Source: a virus
Taxonomy: Duplodnaviria; Caudoviricetes
DNA: 30,494 bases
IMG/VR virus record: IMGVR_UViG_3300020325_000055
Span: 1-30,494 of that record
Strand: one strand, 5' to 3'
In this document: piece by piece, positions 17,907 through 26,522 of the stretch
Layout: each line of letters opens with the position of its first letter
Numbering within the stretch: position 1 is the stretch's first letter
Program-made: the position numbers and the translations under genes
The notes under the pieces: generated by a model
The model's input: the letters and a program-made list of their open reading frames with translations, nothing else
Told to the model about the DNA's origin: nothing
Databases searched by the model: none

Positions 17907-18170
17907 TTAACAATTCCACGCTCTACGCGACCAGTAGTTAGCTGATAGCTTGTTGCTCTTACCCTTGATGCCGCCGCTACGAGCGCAGTAAGATTTCTTT
18001 CGAGACGGCTGCCCTTTCTTGATAGTCATCTTGGCGTCCCCGAAACGAATTACTTTCTCTTTACCGTTAGCACATGCCTTGACTACAAACTTCTTTCCGC
18101 CCGAAACCTGACGCTTCGGCTTGTTACATGGCATAGACTTTTTAGAGGCTCTCTTTTTTGCTGCTGGCAT
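17907..18170 (-). CDS. Small basic protein (87 aa)
   Basis: AAGGAG RBS; KKFVVKAC...IRFGD...RKKSYCARS...SANYWSRRAWNC. Confidence 0.8.
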   Translation of the reverse strand: MPAAKKRASKKSMPCNKPKRQVSGGKKFVVKACANGKEKVIRFGDAKMTIKKGQPSRKKSYCARSGGIKGKSNKLSANYWSRRAWNC

Positions 18171-18188
18171 AATTAACTCCTTTTGAGC

Positions 18189-18219
18189 ATTATGTTTAAT
18201 CAGCGCCTAAGTGTCGTCC
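18189..18219 (-). promoter_or_regulatory. Putative late promoter (GGACGAC-N18-CATAAT)
   Basis: GGACGAC at 18219-18213; heads the basic-protein and scaffold unit. Confidence 0.75.
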
Positions 18220-18223
18220 TCTA

Positions 18224-18859
18224 TCAAAAGATACACTCATCAAAAACAACATTGCAGCTAAGAATTATTCTATCTTCATCTGCTAAATGTGGATTAGTGA
18301 AGTGTGCCATGTGCGCTGGGAAAACAACTACCATACCCTTCTTAGGGGGTAGTGTATATTTATCGTTCCATAGCGCAAAACCATTACCGTAAATCATATT
18401 ATAAGAAGATGCCGCAGGGTTTCTAAAAACAATTTCCCCAGTGCCTTCTGAGGTTGCCCCATAAAACACACAAGCTAAATGAGCAAAACCGTGAATATGC
18501 TCTGGTGCAAAATGACCATGACCATAGATTGAAACCCAAGAGTTCGTTAAATGAAACCTTGGGTCAGTGTTTAAGTTATTTGTGTACTTTTGGCACTGCT
18601 TTACGATTGCGGTGTGTATTGCATTAAATCGTTCATCTTCGTCTAATCTAAATCGACCATGACTTGTGTAACCATGTTTTGTGTAATCTTCGGGAGATTG
18701 AGCTAACTCATACTTATGCCAAGCATGACTTATTAACTTTCCGTTAGGGTCTTGGTCACGCAAATCATAAGCGTACTCACATAGATCATCTGCTAATTTT
18801 TCCCCATCTTCTATGACTTCATGTAGGATGGGGAAACCAAAAGGGTTCTCAAATGCCAT
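18224..18859 (-). CDS. Putative 2OG-Fe(II) oxygenase (TIGR02466-like, 211 aa)
   Basis: NSWVSIY...PEHIH...VFY...IVFRNP...GMVVVFPAHMAHFT...RIILSCN: HxH...H triad and RxxxSxN motif. Confidence 0.85.
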   Translation of the reverse strand: MAFENPFGFPILHEVIEDGEKLADDLCEYAYDLRDQDPNGKLISHAWHKYELAQSPEDYTKHGYTSHGRFRLDEDERFNAIHTAIVKQCQKYTNNLNTDPRFHLTNSWVSIYGHGHFAPEHIHGFAHLACVFYGATSEGTGEIVFRNPAASSYNMIYGNGFALWNDKYTLPPKKGMVVVFPAHMAHFTNPHLADEDRIILSCNVVFDECIF

Positions 18860-18865
18860 TATGCA

Positions 18866-19090
18866 CTACTCTTTTAAAGCAGTGTGTATGCGTTCCCATA
18901 TAACTTCGGGTGTTTCAAGTGCAACAACGTAACCTCCAACTTTTGTGGCAAGGCATATTCTTGTCGCTATACTTTCAAAATTACCATTTTCATCGGGCGG
19001 CCCGATTGGGAAACTTTCTGTGAACATGACGTTTGTAATATCAACGTAGTGTGTGCGGTTTTCTTGGTCAGTGTAAGGGATGAGCTTCAT
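18866..19090 (-). CDS. Hypothetical protein (74 aa)
   Basis: GAGGAG RBS; tiles between the chaperone and oxygenase genes. Confidence 0.7.
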   Translation of the reverse strand: MKLIPYTDQENRTHYVDITNVMFTESFPIGPPDENGNFESIATRICLATKVGGYVVALETPEVIWERIHTALKE

Positions 19091-19092
19091 TG

Positions 19093-19362
19093 TTACTCCT
19101 CTGATGGTAAAGCCTCAGTTTCAATTGGTGAGAGTGGCATTGCAGGAACATTAGAATAATCGTCCTCAATAGTTTCTGGCACTGTCGATGGTAAATCACG
19201 AAGCGCTTGACGATAAATTTTCCAAGCCTCGCGAGCTGTATTAAAAGCAGAGAAACTTGCAGCATCTTCTATACAGCGCAGCATGTCTACGTCGCTTAAC
19301 GAAAGTTTTATATCTCTCGTAGCTCTCATGTTTTTTATGAGTAAATCACGATCAACGCTCAT
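19093..19362 (-). CDS. Tail fibre assembly chaperone (89 aa)
   Basis: RATRDIKLSLSD...WKIYRQALRDLP signature, directly after a fibre gene. Confidence 0.85.
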   Translation of the reverse strand: MSVDRDLLIKNMRATRDIKLSLSDVDMLRCIEDAASFSAFNTAREAWKIYRQALRDLPSTVPETIEDDYSNVPAMPLSPIETEALPSEE

Positions 19363-21518
19363 TAGCTTTCTCCGTTATACTTCATATTCGGGTTTTCAGA
19401 GCAGTATGTGAAAGGGAAGCTACGCTTCGTACCGTCAGCACCTAGACCCCAGATTATTCGTACAGCACCCGACGCGCCGTTTCCGCCGCCGCTACTTGTT
19501 CCAGAGCCACCGCCCCCACCGCCGTGAAGTCCACCAACACGAACGCGGTTTCCTCCACTTTGTTCTTCACGACCAGTAAATTGGTTCTCGCCCCACGCAC
19601 CTCGCGTACCGCCCGAACCGCCTCCACCGCCGCCGTAAAAGTTTGGTGAGCCAAAGTTGTACGAAGTCCAGCTACCGCCATTACCGCCGAAGCCAGAGCC
19701 TGCGTTATTATCACTTCTTGGCTTAGAGTTTGAACCGTCTACGCCCCTCCAGCCCTGACCATCTAGGCCAACGCCGCCGCCGCCACCTTCGCCATAGGTT
19801 GATGAGTATTCGTAGCCATAACCGCCACCACCTTTGTAACCGCGAGAATTACTACCGTGAGACGCTTGGTTGCCTTGATAGCCAGCAGCGCCAGTGCCTT
19901 CGCGGTTGCCTGATCCGTAATAGCCAGCACCACCACCGTAATGCCAATTACCACCAGCGCCATCTGGAACACCGTATCCTTCGCTTGTATTAACGCCGAA
20001 ACCACCACTGTCACGGCTGTCATTTGCGCCGTAGCCGTTTCCTACTTCCCAGTAGTTTATTCCACTAACTGTAACGCCCCCAGTGTAGCTAGTGCTTTGG
20101 TTATTCGGGTTGCCGTTTTGAAAACCAGTCCAACCACCGCCAGATGCGTAAAGTAAAAAATCAGTATTTGGGCCGCCAGAATGGCGCTTAACCCAACTTG
20201 GGCCTCCCCCGTACGAACTTGTATTACTCATACTGTAGCGACCAATGCCAAAACACCACTGTAGTTTTTCGCCAGGTGTTACGCTGATACCGTTAAGCCA
20301 AGCAAGACCACCTGCACCACCGCCATCTTGTGCCCAGTTGTAAGCTCCTGGCCCACCAGCGCCAACAACAACTATACAAATTTCTTCTACGCCTGCTGGA
20401 ACTGTCCAATAACCTTTAACAGTTTGATGGTTTCCATTAGCAGCAAAATAATCATTGTTTTGAGGCCGAATACCCATATACCCATTTGCACGGTAGCCGC
20501 TCATATTGTCGTATGATGCTTGGTCAACCGTCCAATAGTTATCTGGTTGGCAACCGTATCCGTCATTTTCAAAATAAGGCGATGTGTCTTGGTCTACATT
20601 CCAAACTCGTCTCAATGCACCAGAACTTTTAGCAGGATTGAAGTAAGTATCTTCTTGCCCATCTGGTATAGTGACGGTGCCGTTATATTGCTGGTTAGCG
20701 TTTGCTGGCCCGAAGTATCGTGCGCCGTATGGATCGCCGTAAGCAATGTTACCAGAAAAGTTTTGAGATTGTTGACCGTATGGGCCTAAGTCTACTGTTA
20801 CTGTATAACTGTGTAGAGTAGCAGCAGCCTCAATATCACCAATGCCACTGACATAAACTCGACCAGTTTCGGGATCAATAACAGGCGTAACGCCACTAGC
20901 AAACCCAGTTACGTTTGACATAGTAAAAGTTGCGTCTGCGTAAGTGGTCGTCGGGGCAGCAGAAATAGTTTGCTCGCCTGTTTGATTTCGAATTATTCTA
21001 TCTGGGAGGTTTGTATTCCATTGTGGGGTTGTACCTGACGGAACAACCTCAAGTATCCAAGTTATTTCTACTTGCTCGTCAGGGCGACCACGAGAGTAGT
21101 AGCCCTTGACCTTCATGGTGTATGTACCCTCGGTGCCAGAATTAGGAGTGCCGTAAATACGAGCTTCGCCCATATCTGTATCAGTGCTGTCGGAGTTCTC
21201 AGACCACGAAATACCACTTGGCAATGCCGTAGTGGGCGCAACATACTCAATAGAAAATGAACCAGTATCCGTTTCGAACGCATTGTCAAAGTAAAGATAC
21301 TGATCTTTCTCAGGTATTTGTGAACCAACATCAATCATTATGCGATTAGTGCTATTGTTTGCTATAAAACCATCGTGGGCGTCATTTCCAATATTGGGAT
21401 GGCCTTTAGCTATTTTAATAAAGTCACCGCTTGCTGCTGCTGTAGATGCGGAGCCAGTACCACCACCAAAAGTGTACTCACTGCCGTCTATCTTTTTAGG
21501 TCTGCGAATACGTGCCAT
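19362..21518 (-). CDS. Tail fibre / receptor-binding protein with Ig-like domains and glycine-rich C-terminal domain (718 aa)
   Basis: LPSGISW...IYGTP...GTYT Ig-like motif; WTVPAGVEEICIVVVGAGG...GGGAGG...VTPGE and closing GNGASGAVRIIW of phage Gly-rich domains. Confidence 0.8.
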   Translation of the reverse strand: MARIRRPKKIDGSEYTFGGGTGSASTAAASGDFIKIAKGHPNIGNDAHDGFIANNSTNRIMIDVGSQIPEKDQYLYFDNAFETDTGSFSIEYVAPTTALPSGISWSENSDSTDTDMGEARIYGTPNSGTEGTYTMKVKGYYSRGRPDEQVEITWILEVVPSGTTPQWNTNLPDRIIRNQTGEQTISAAPTTTYADATFTMSNVTGFASGVTPVIDPETGRVYVSGIGDIEAAATLHSYTVTVDLGPYGQQSQNFSGNIAYGDPYGARYFGPANANQQYNGTVTIPDGQEDTYFNPAKSSGALRRVWNVDQDTSPYFENDGYGCQPDNYWTVDQASYDNMSGYRANGYMGIRPQNNDYFAANGNHQTVKGYWTVPAGVEEICIVVVGAGGPGAYNWAQDGGGAGGLAWLNGISVTPGEKLQWCFGIGRYSMSNTSSYGGGPSWVKRHSGGPNTDFLLYASGGGWTGFQNGNPNNQSTSYTGGVTVSGINYWEVGNGYGANDSRDSGGFGVNTSEGYGVPDGAGGNWHYGGGAGYYGSGNREGTGAAGYQGNQASHGSNSRGYKGGGGYGYEYSSTYGEGGGGGVGLDGQGWRGVDGSNSKPRSDNNAGSGFGGNGGSWTSYNFGSPNFYGGGGGGSGGTRGAWGENQFTGREEQSGGNRVRVGGLHGGGGGGSGTSSGGGNGASGAVRIIWGLGADGTKRSFPFTYCSENPNMKYNGES

Positions 21519-21524
21519 ATGATC

Positions 21525-23384
21525 TTATTCCTCAATTCCATGAATACGAACGACAATGTTGTCCTTATCCGAAGTTACAATTACTTGCTCACCAGCCGAC
21601 GCCATAAGCGCAGTACGCTCAAGAATTTCTCCTGATGCTAAGTTCGTTTTTTCAAACTTGTCCTGCTGTGGTAGTGCGAAGAAACGCTTTTCACGCATGT
21701 AGCTTTCGCCGTTAAAGAATAAGTCATAACGACGATTTGCATCACCGTTGTCAGCGTTATAAACTTCGACAGTTGCTAGAGCTGTCGCATCATCGTGTGG
21801 ATCAGTGGTATCTTCATCAACAACAGAGACTGCATACCCCATGCCTGTGTGGTTCGGGCAGTATAGGTAAAGCGTGTCTGGTGCGTTCGAAGGAACTGTC
21901 CACTCGATTATTTTAGCCTGACCGTTATATGTTGCGTGATTGCTCACCCAGTCTGCGTTCGTTGTTGTTACTGCGGTGAAAGCTGCTGTAGCTGTGGGGT
22001 CGCCCATATAGAAAGTCATGCCGTCTGAGTATGGTGTTCCATTTGAATGTGGGCCACCTGACACAGTAGAAAACTGTAAAGGATGCCCATTGTTTGACGC
22101 ATGTTCTTGGTGAATACGATATGTACGACCACGTATGAATGTCATTTCCGTAACAACAGATGTTGCTACATCATTTACAAACTTGTTCTGGCTATTAATG
22201 CTTGCGACTTGGATGCCTATCGGCTGCCCTGCATAGTGCTTCGAGTTTGACCAAGATACGCCAAGGTTAGACGTTGCATACTTCTGACCGCCTTCGACGA
22301 CTAGGACTAGGCTGTCACCTTCTGCCTTAACGTCTATTACGTTTTCTGCATTTACGCCTGCTGGAAAATCAAATGTACTGTAGCCAGTTAAAGGAACTGG
22401 TGTCGAAGCGTCATATGCTACGTAAGCAACTTTACCGCCTGATGTGATGTCAGAGTTCTGGTAAACAAGGTACAAGTTTCCTTCGTTTGTTGTAGAACCT
22501 TCGATCCCAACAGCGCCCATAAGTGGGCCAGTAATGCCTGTGGGTGGTGGCAAAGAGTTTGACTGAAACTCTGCTTGCGTTTCTGGCGTATCGTCGTTTG
22601 ATACGTAACAGAAAGCACCAACCAAGTTACCAATAATAAAACGCTCGGCTGAAGTTTTAACACCTACGATCTTGTTGATCGAGCCAAAACCCCATGTGAA
22701 GCTAGAATTGTACGAAGCTGTAGTTGCTCGATAGTCTGCGATAGAGTTTACGATAGTACCAGCAGCACCTGGCACGCCTTGTACGTACGCAATCGCAAAC
22801 GAACTATCTACGTTCGTAGCCCAAAGAATATTATCTGTAGCAGTAAACCCATAGTTTGATGCTGATGTGGTGGCAGATCCGCCGCTAAAAAGATTATTAA
22901 ATGTATATACGCCCCCATCAGGCGCAGCTCGTACGTATAGTTCGCCACCATTATAATATGATAGTGGGTTCCCGACTGCTGCTGGATCAGTAACTAAGAA
23001 AAAGTTACCGTCGTTGTTTGCGGTTTGTAGCGTTTCTATCTTCTTAGATGCGATTGGCTGAGATGCCGTGTTCGCTGCTGCTGGCTGCACTGGCGTTGTT
23101 TTAAGAGCGGTCATCATTTTTGATGAACTCTTACCAACTAAATCAAGAGTGTTGCCTGTGTCAGTGGCGTTCCATGACTTACTATAGTTTAACGGTGTTA
23201 GGTAATCTTCAAAGTCTTTTGTTTGATAAGTTTTGTCAGAAACATAAAGATTGATGTCGGCGGCATCGCCACCGTCGTTCAAAATGTTTACATTAAATGT
23301 AGCAACTTTCGCTGATGGTACTGTGTAAAGTAACTCAGTGTCGCGGCTACTTACGACTTTTTTTCCTAATAGTCCGTTTGCCAT
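21525..23384 (-). CDS. Virion structural protein (619 aa) with split terminal domain and cupredoxin-like insert
   Basis: N-terminal GLLG...LYTVP...VNILN; C-terminal ILERTALMASAGEQVIV...HGIEE; internal GHPLQFS...APDTLYLYCPNHTGMG. Confidence 0.7.
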   Translation of the reverse strand: MANGLLGKKVVSSRDTELLYTVPSAKVATFNVNILNDGGDAADINLYVSDKTYQTKDFEDYLTPLNYSKSWNATDTGNTLDLVGKSSSKMMTALKTTPVQPAAANTASQPIASKKIETLQTANNDGNFFLVTDPAAVGNPLSYYNGGELYVRAAPDGGVYTFNNLFSGGSATTSASNYGFTATDNILWATNVDSSFAIAYVQGVPGAAGTIVNSIADYRATTASYNSSFTWGFGSINKIVGVKTSAERFIIGNLVGAFCYVSNDDTPETQAEFQSNSLPPPTGITGPLMGAVGIEGSTTNEGNLYLVYQNSDITSGGKVAYVAYDASTPVPLTGYSTFDFPAGVNAENVIDVKAEGDSLVLVVEGGQKYATSNLGVSWSNSKHYAGQPIGIQVASINSQNKFVNDVATSVVTEMTFIRGRTYRIHQEHASNNGHPLQFSTVSGGPHSNGTPYSDGMTFYMGDPTATAAFTAVTTTNADWVSNHATYNGQAKIIEWTVPSNAPDTLYLYCPNHTGMGYAVSVVDEDTTDPHDDATALATVEVYNADNGDANRRYDLFFNGESYMREKRFFALPQQDKFEKTNLASGEILERTALMASAGEQVIVTSDKDNIVVRIHGIEE

Positions 23385-23393
23385 AATATCCTC

Positions 23394-23762
23394 TTACGAT
23401 TGTGATAGGAAATAGACTTTCGACGGTGACATCTGGTAAGCGTTTAACGCTGACTGGATGCTCGCCTGTAGTCCATCAAGAGCCGCCTGCTCTGTTGCTG
23501 ATGCTGCTTGCACAGCAGCGATTTGTGTCGAACCCTCTGACTGAAGTTCACTTATTTCAGTATTACCTTGGGCAGTCACAGCATTAATCTGTGTTGTACC
23601 TTCGGCTGAAACGGCACTCAGGTTCGCGTTGCCGTTAAAAATTTCGATCATGCGTGACAAGTACACCAAGTCAGCATTTGGCGTAGATGCGTTAAGCGTC
23701 TGTAGTCGCGTGGATAGTTCGTCGGCTAAAGACTGCTGGTCTGCTACGGATATATTGGGCAT
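23394..23762 (-). CDS. Coiled-coil fibre stalk protein (122 aa)
   Basis: 11-residue repeats AEGTTQINAVT / AQGNTEISELQ / SEGSTQIAAVQ; ends SKVYFLSQS. Confidence 0.6.
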   Translation of the reverse strand: MPNISVADQQSLADELSTRLQTLNASTPNADLVYLSRMIEIFNGNANLSAVSAEGTTQINAVTAQGNTEISELQSEGSTQIAAVQAASATEQAALDGLQASIQSALNAYQMSPSKVYFLSQS

Positions 23763-24298
23763 TATAATGTACTCCCGTCAAATAAGCTGCCGTGCAGTTG
23801 GGCAATCAATATACCTTGCCCGATCACGGTGGGTGTCGTTTGGAACGCTTGGTTCGCGTAGGTTTGCGAAAGATCGCGTGCTTGCTCTGACGCTAACTGC
23901 GCTGCTTCGGCTGCTGTTTGTGCAGCTTCGGCATCAAGCTCAGAAGCCAATGCTTCTCCTGCGCTTTGCTCTGCGTCTGCTCTTTTAGCTTCCATGTCAG
24001 CGAGTGCTGTAGATTTGAAAGCGTTTAGATCAGCAAATAGCTGTGTAAAAGATGCTATCTCATTGACCGATCCATCGGTGCCGATCTTGAGATACATCTT
24101 TTCGTTTCCAGAAGTGCCGTCGTACGTAAAGGTAAACGTGTCGATCTCTCCTGTTGCGTCGTCAAACAATTTGCTCAACAGCGCAGAAAGCGTAAGACCA
24201 CCCTTCTCGGCATCCTCTAAATAGGTGTCGAGTAAATGTGTACCTGTATTTTCGCTCCTAAAGTTTAACTGTTCGGAGGGTACTCGTGTACGGGCCAT
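23762..24298 (-). CDS. Probable fibre anchor protein (178 aa)
   Basis: N-terminus resembles that of the 522-aa fibre; Ala-rich coiled coil AEAAQTAAEAAQLASEQA. Confidence 0.6.
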   Translation of the reverse strand: MARTRVPSEQLNFRSENTGTHLLDTYLEDAEKGGLTLSALLSKLFDDATGEIDTFTFTYDGTSGNEKMYLKIGTDGSVNEIASFTQLFADLNAFKSTALADMEAKRADAEQSAGEALASELDAEAAQTAAEAAQLASEQARDLSQTYANQAFQTTPTVIGQGILIAQLHGSLFDGSTL

Positions 24299-24570
24299 TA
24301 AACTTCCTTATCCATTTCTTTTGCGATACTTGCCAACTTTGCTGCGCGACTTGCAGACATATCCAGCAGCTCTTCGGTGTTAGCCATTCGCCCTGCTACA
24401 TTGCCCATATCGCGCTGTAGGCTTTCTCTAGTTTGTGATATTGCACTAATAAGGTCTGCTATGTCGTCCCTAATAGGTTTCAATTCTTCTTCTATTCGGG
24501 CGTTAATATATTCACGAGTATCTGCATCTACTTTTGAAGCCCACGCGTTACTAGGTACTGGGTTTTTCAT
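24298..24570 (-). CDS. Hypothetical coiled-coil protein (90 aa)
   Basis: ATGA overlap with portal, TAATG overlap downstream. Confidence 0.7.
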   Translation of the reverse strand: MKNPVPSNAWASKVDADTREYINARIEEELKPIRDDIADLISAISQTRESLQRDMGNVAGRMANTEELLDMSASRAAKLASIAKEMDKEV

Positions 24571-26483
24571 CGTTTCGGAGCCTCTCTCATCGGTACTAGG
24601 TTTCCTTTTTCAACCTGACGTTGGATGTTTTCTTGGGGCTGCACATTCGCACCACGTAGCTTTTCCATCATCATCATCTGTTGCGACGGAGTTGGGCCTT
24701 CGCTTTGCTGTTCTTTCGATATTTTAAACTGGTCTAGGTCTGACACACCCATGCTGCGTATGGCTTCTTCGACGATTTTGCCTGAGTTGTACTCCATAGC
24801 CATGCCTGTTTCGTTGAGCGTACGAAGCATAGTGATCCAAGTTTCGGCGTTACGCGTGGGTTCGAGCGGCAGCGTTCCGTCTACGACTAGGTATTCTATC
24901 TCTCCTTGTATGTCTTGGAGAGAGAAATCGAGGTATCCATCCTGCACCATATCAGCGACTTCGGATGCGCTATCACTATCAGCTATACGAATAGAGCTTT
25001 GTGGCGCGAAGAAGTCTTGTATGTTGGCTACCATCATTCGTACCATTGGTCGTACTGAGGTTGCGGAAATTGTACGGGAGAGGACGCCTAACCGTTGCGA
25101 GCCTAACTGCGTAAGGCGCTGTATCTCTGTTGCCGTACGGATGCCGTCACTGGTTGGCATCCCTTGCTGCGCGTCAGAAGCGGCAGATAGGCGTTGTTTT
25201 AATTCACCCATTGCTTGAATGTCCTGCCAATGCCCACGCGTAACGTCTGGTATCTGGGAAATAAATACGCCTTCACCTGGCTTAACACCTGGCAGCGTTC
25301 GTACGATGCCGTGAGGGTTTCTGTCGATTAGGTCGCCAATCGCTATTTGTGTAGGATCAACAAACATTAGATTTGTAAGGGCGGCCTGCACGTTATCGAC
25401 ACGCGAACGTAAGAGCCATGTTGCAACGTCGTGTAACGGGAGGAGCAGATCGTACAACGATTGCGAATATGTCTTATGGGCGTCGTGGTACAAGCCGCCT
25501 ATAACGACAGGGAACTGCCTGCCGTATGGATTTAGCTGGCAACGGATAACCACGTTCTCGTCAAGAATTGTGACGCATAGCCACAACTGCTCTATCTGAG
25601 GTATGCCTACCTCATAACCAGCTAACCTTACCCAGCTCTCGTCTACAACGCGGCTGTCGCCTAGTGCGAAGAAGGTTCCGCCACTTTCGCGTCGATTGCG
25701 CTCTGCTGGGTCTATACTTAATCCTCGTCCTGCTTCTTTGTGCCATCTATGTCCGTCCCAGCCACCAGCAGGAGGCGTGAGGCGGTTGCGGAGCGACGGG
25801 TATTGTTTGAGTTTGGGATACATTCCCGTTTGGAGGAGGCTGTCGAAAGAAGAGAAATCAGAGAAGATGATATATTGCATACGTTCCCAGTCTCCCCATT
25901 GTACTCTGGGGTCGTGGAATACGCGTCTCGGATCGAAGTTTGTGATTTGGTTGGTACGACTTGAAGCATCCCACGTAATTTTCGTGGGTGCGTATCCGTA
26001 CCGAATACTGTCAAGAAGGTGTTGGGCAAGGCGTGCTTCTCCTGCTGTTCTACGCATTTGCTGGTGTAGCAAACGCTCGATGATTGCAGATGATTTACGT
26101 GACTTACGGTTTAAACCTTCAAGCTGAAACATTGGGTTACGGCCTGTGAGGGCGCTCATTAAATATGTAAGTACCGTGTCTGATATGGCACGGGTATCTG
26201 CTATAACTGCCTTCTCTCTAAACTGGGTGGCATGAGGATCGACATATACGTCGTGCGCTCTATCTGCTTGCGTCCAGTGTTCGTACCTACGAGAAATGCG
26301 GTCATAGGACATCTGCATTGCCGAACGAATATAATCCACTAGACGCTGCTCCTGTTCTTCGGATAGCAGCATTGAAATGTCCTCATAAGCCATGAGGGCA
26401 TTAGCGTGTTCGGATAAGTCTACGACGATGCCGTCGCTATCAGGAACATAATCCGCACGGTAATTTGTTGTAGTCAGTGCCAT
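24567..26483 (-). CDS. Portal protein (638 aa)
   Basis: Follows the terminase; DSIRYG, NPYGRQFP, LLPLHD...RSRVDN, QQG...RTATEI motifs of podovirus (P22/SU10-like) portals. Confidence 0.9.
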   Translation of the reverse strand: MALTTTNYRADYVPDSDGIVVDLSEHANALMAYEDISMLLSEEQEQRLVDYIRSAMQMSYDRISRRYEHWTQADRAHDVYVDPHATQFREKAVIADTRAISDTVLTYLMSALTGRNPMFQLEGLNRKSRKSSAIIERLLHQQMRRTAGEARLAQHLLDSIRYGYAPTKITWDASSRTNQITNFDPRRVFHDPRVQWGDWERMQYIIFSDFSSFDSLLQTGMYPKLKQYPSLRNRLTPPAGGWDGHRWHKEAGRGLSIDPAERNRRESGGTFFALGDSRVVDESWVRLAGYEVGIPQIEQLWLCVTILDENVVIRCQLNPYGRQFPVVIGGLYHDAHKTYSQSLYDLLLPLHDVATWLLRSRVDNVQAALTNLMFVDPTQIAIGDLIDRNPHGIVRTLPGVKPGEGVFISQIPDVTRGHWQDIQAMGELKQRLSAASDAQQGMPTSDGIRTATEIQRLTQLGSQRLGVLSRTISATSVRPMVRMMVANIQDFFAPQSSIRIADSDSASEVADMVQDGYLDFSLQDIQGEIEYLVVDGTLPLEPTRNAETWITMLRTLNETGMAMEYNSGKIVEEAIRSMGVSDLDQFKISKEQQSEGPTPSQQMMMMEKLRGANVQPQENIQRQVEKGNLVPMREAPKR

Positions 26484-26490
26484 AGAGAAA

Positions 26491-26522
26491 CATTTACTCC
26501 TATAATAACCCTACAGTCGTCC
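26491..26522 (-). promoter_or_regulatory. Putative late promoter (GGACGAC-N19-TAAATG)
   Basis: GGACGAC at 26522-26516, directly after the terminase TAA; the -10-like box is weak. Confidence 0.65.

Noticed and set aside
18196-18210. TTAG-N7-TTAA resembling a CtrA box
   Set aside because: One mismatch, single instance, not repeated at the other promoters
19362-21518. Diversity-generating retroelement target or invertible segment in the fibre gene
   Set aside because: No reverse transcriptase, recombinase, template repeat or flanking inverted repeats seen in the window
24625-26127. 197-aa and 143-aa plus-strand ORFs
   Set aside because: Antisense shadows of the portal gene
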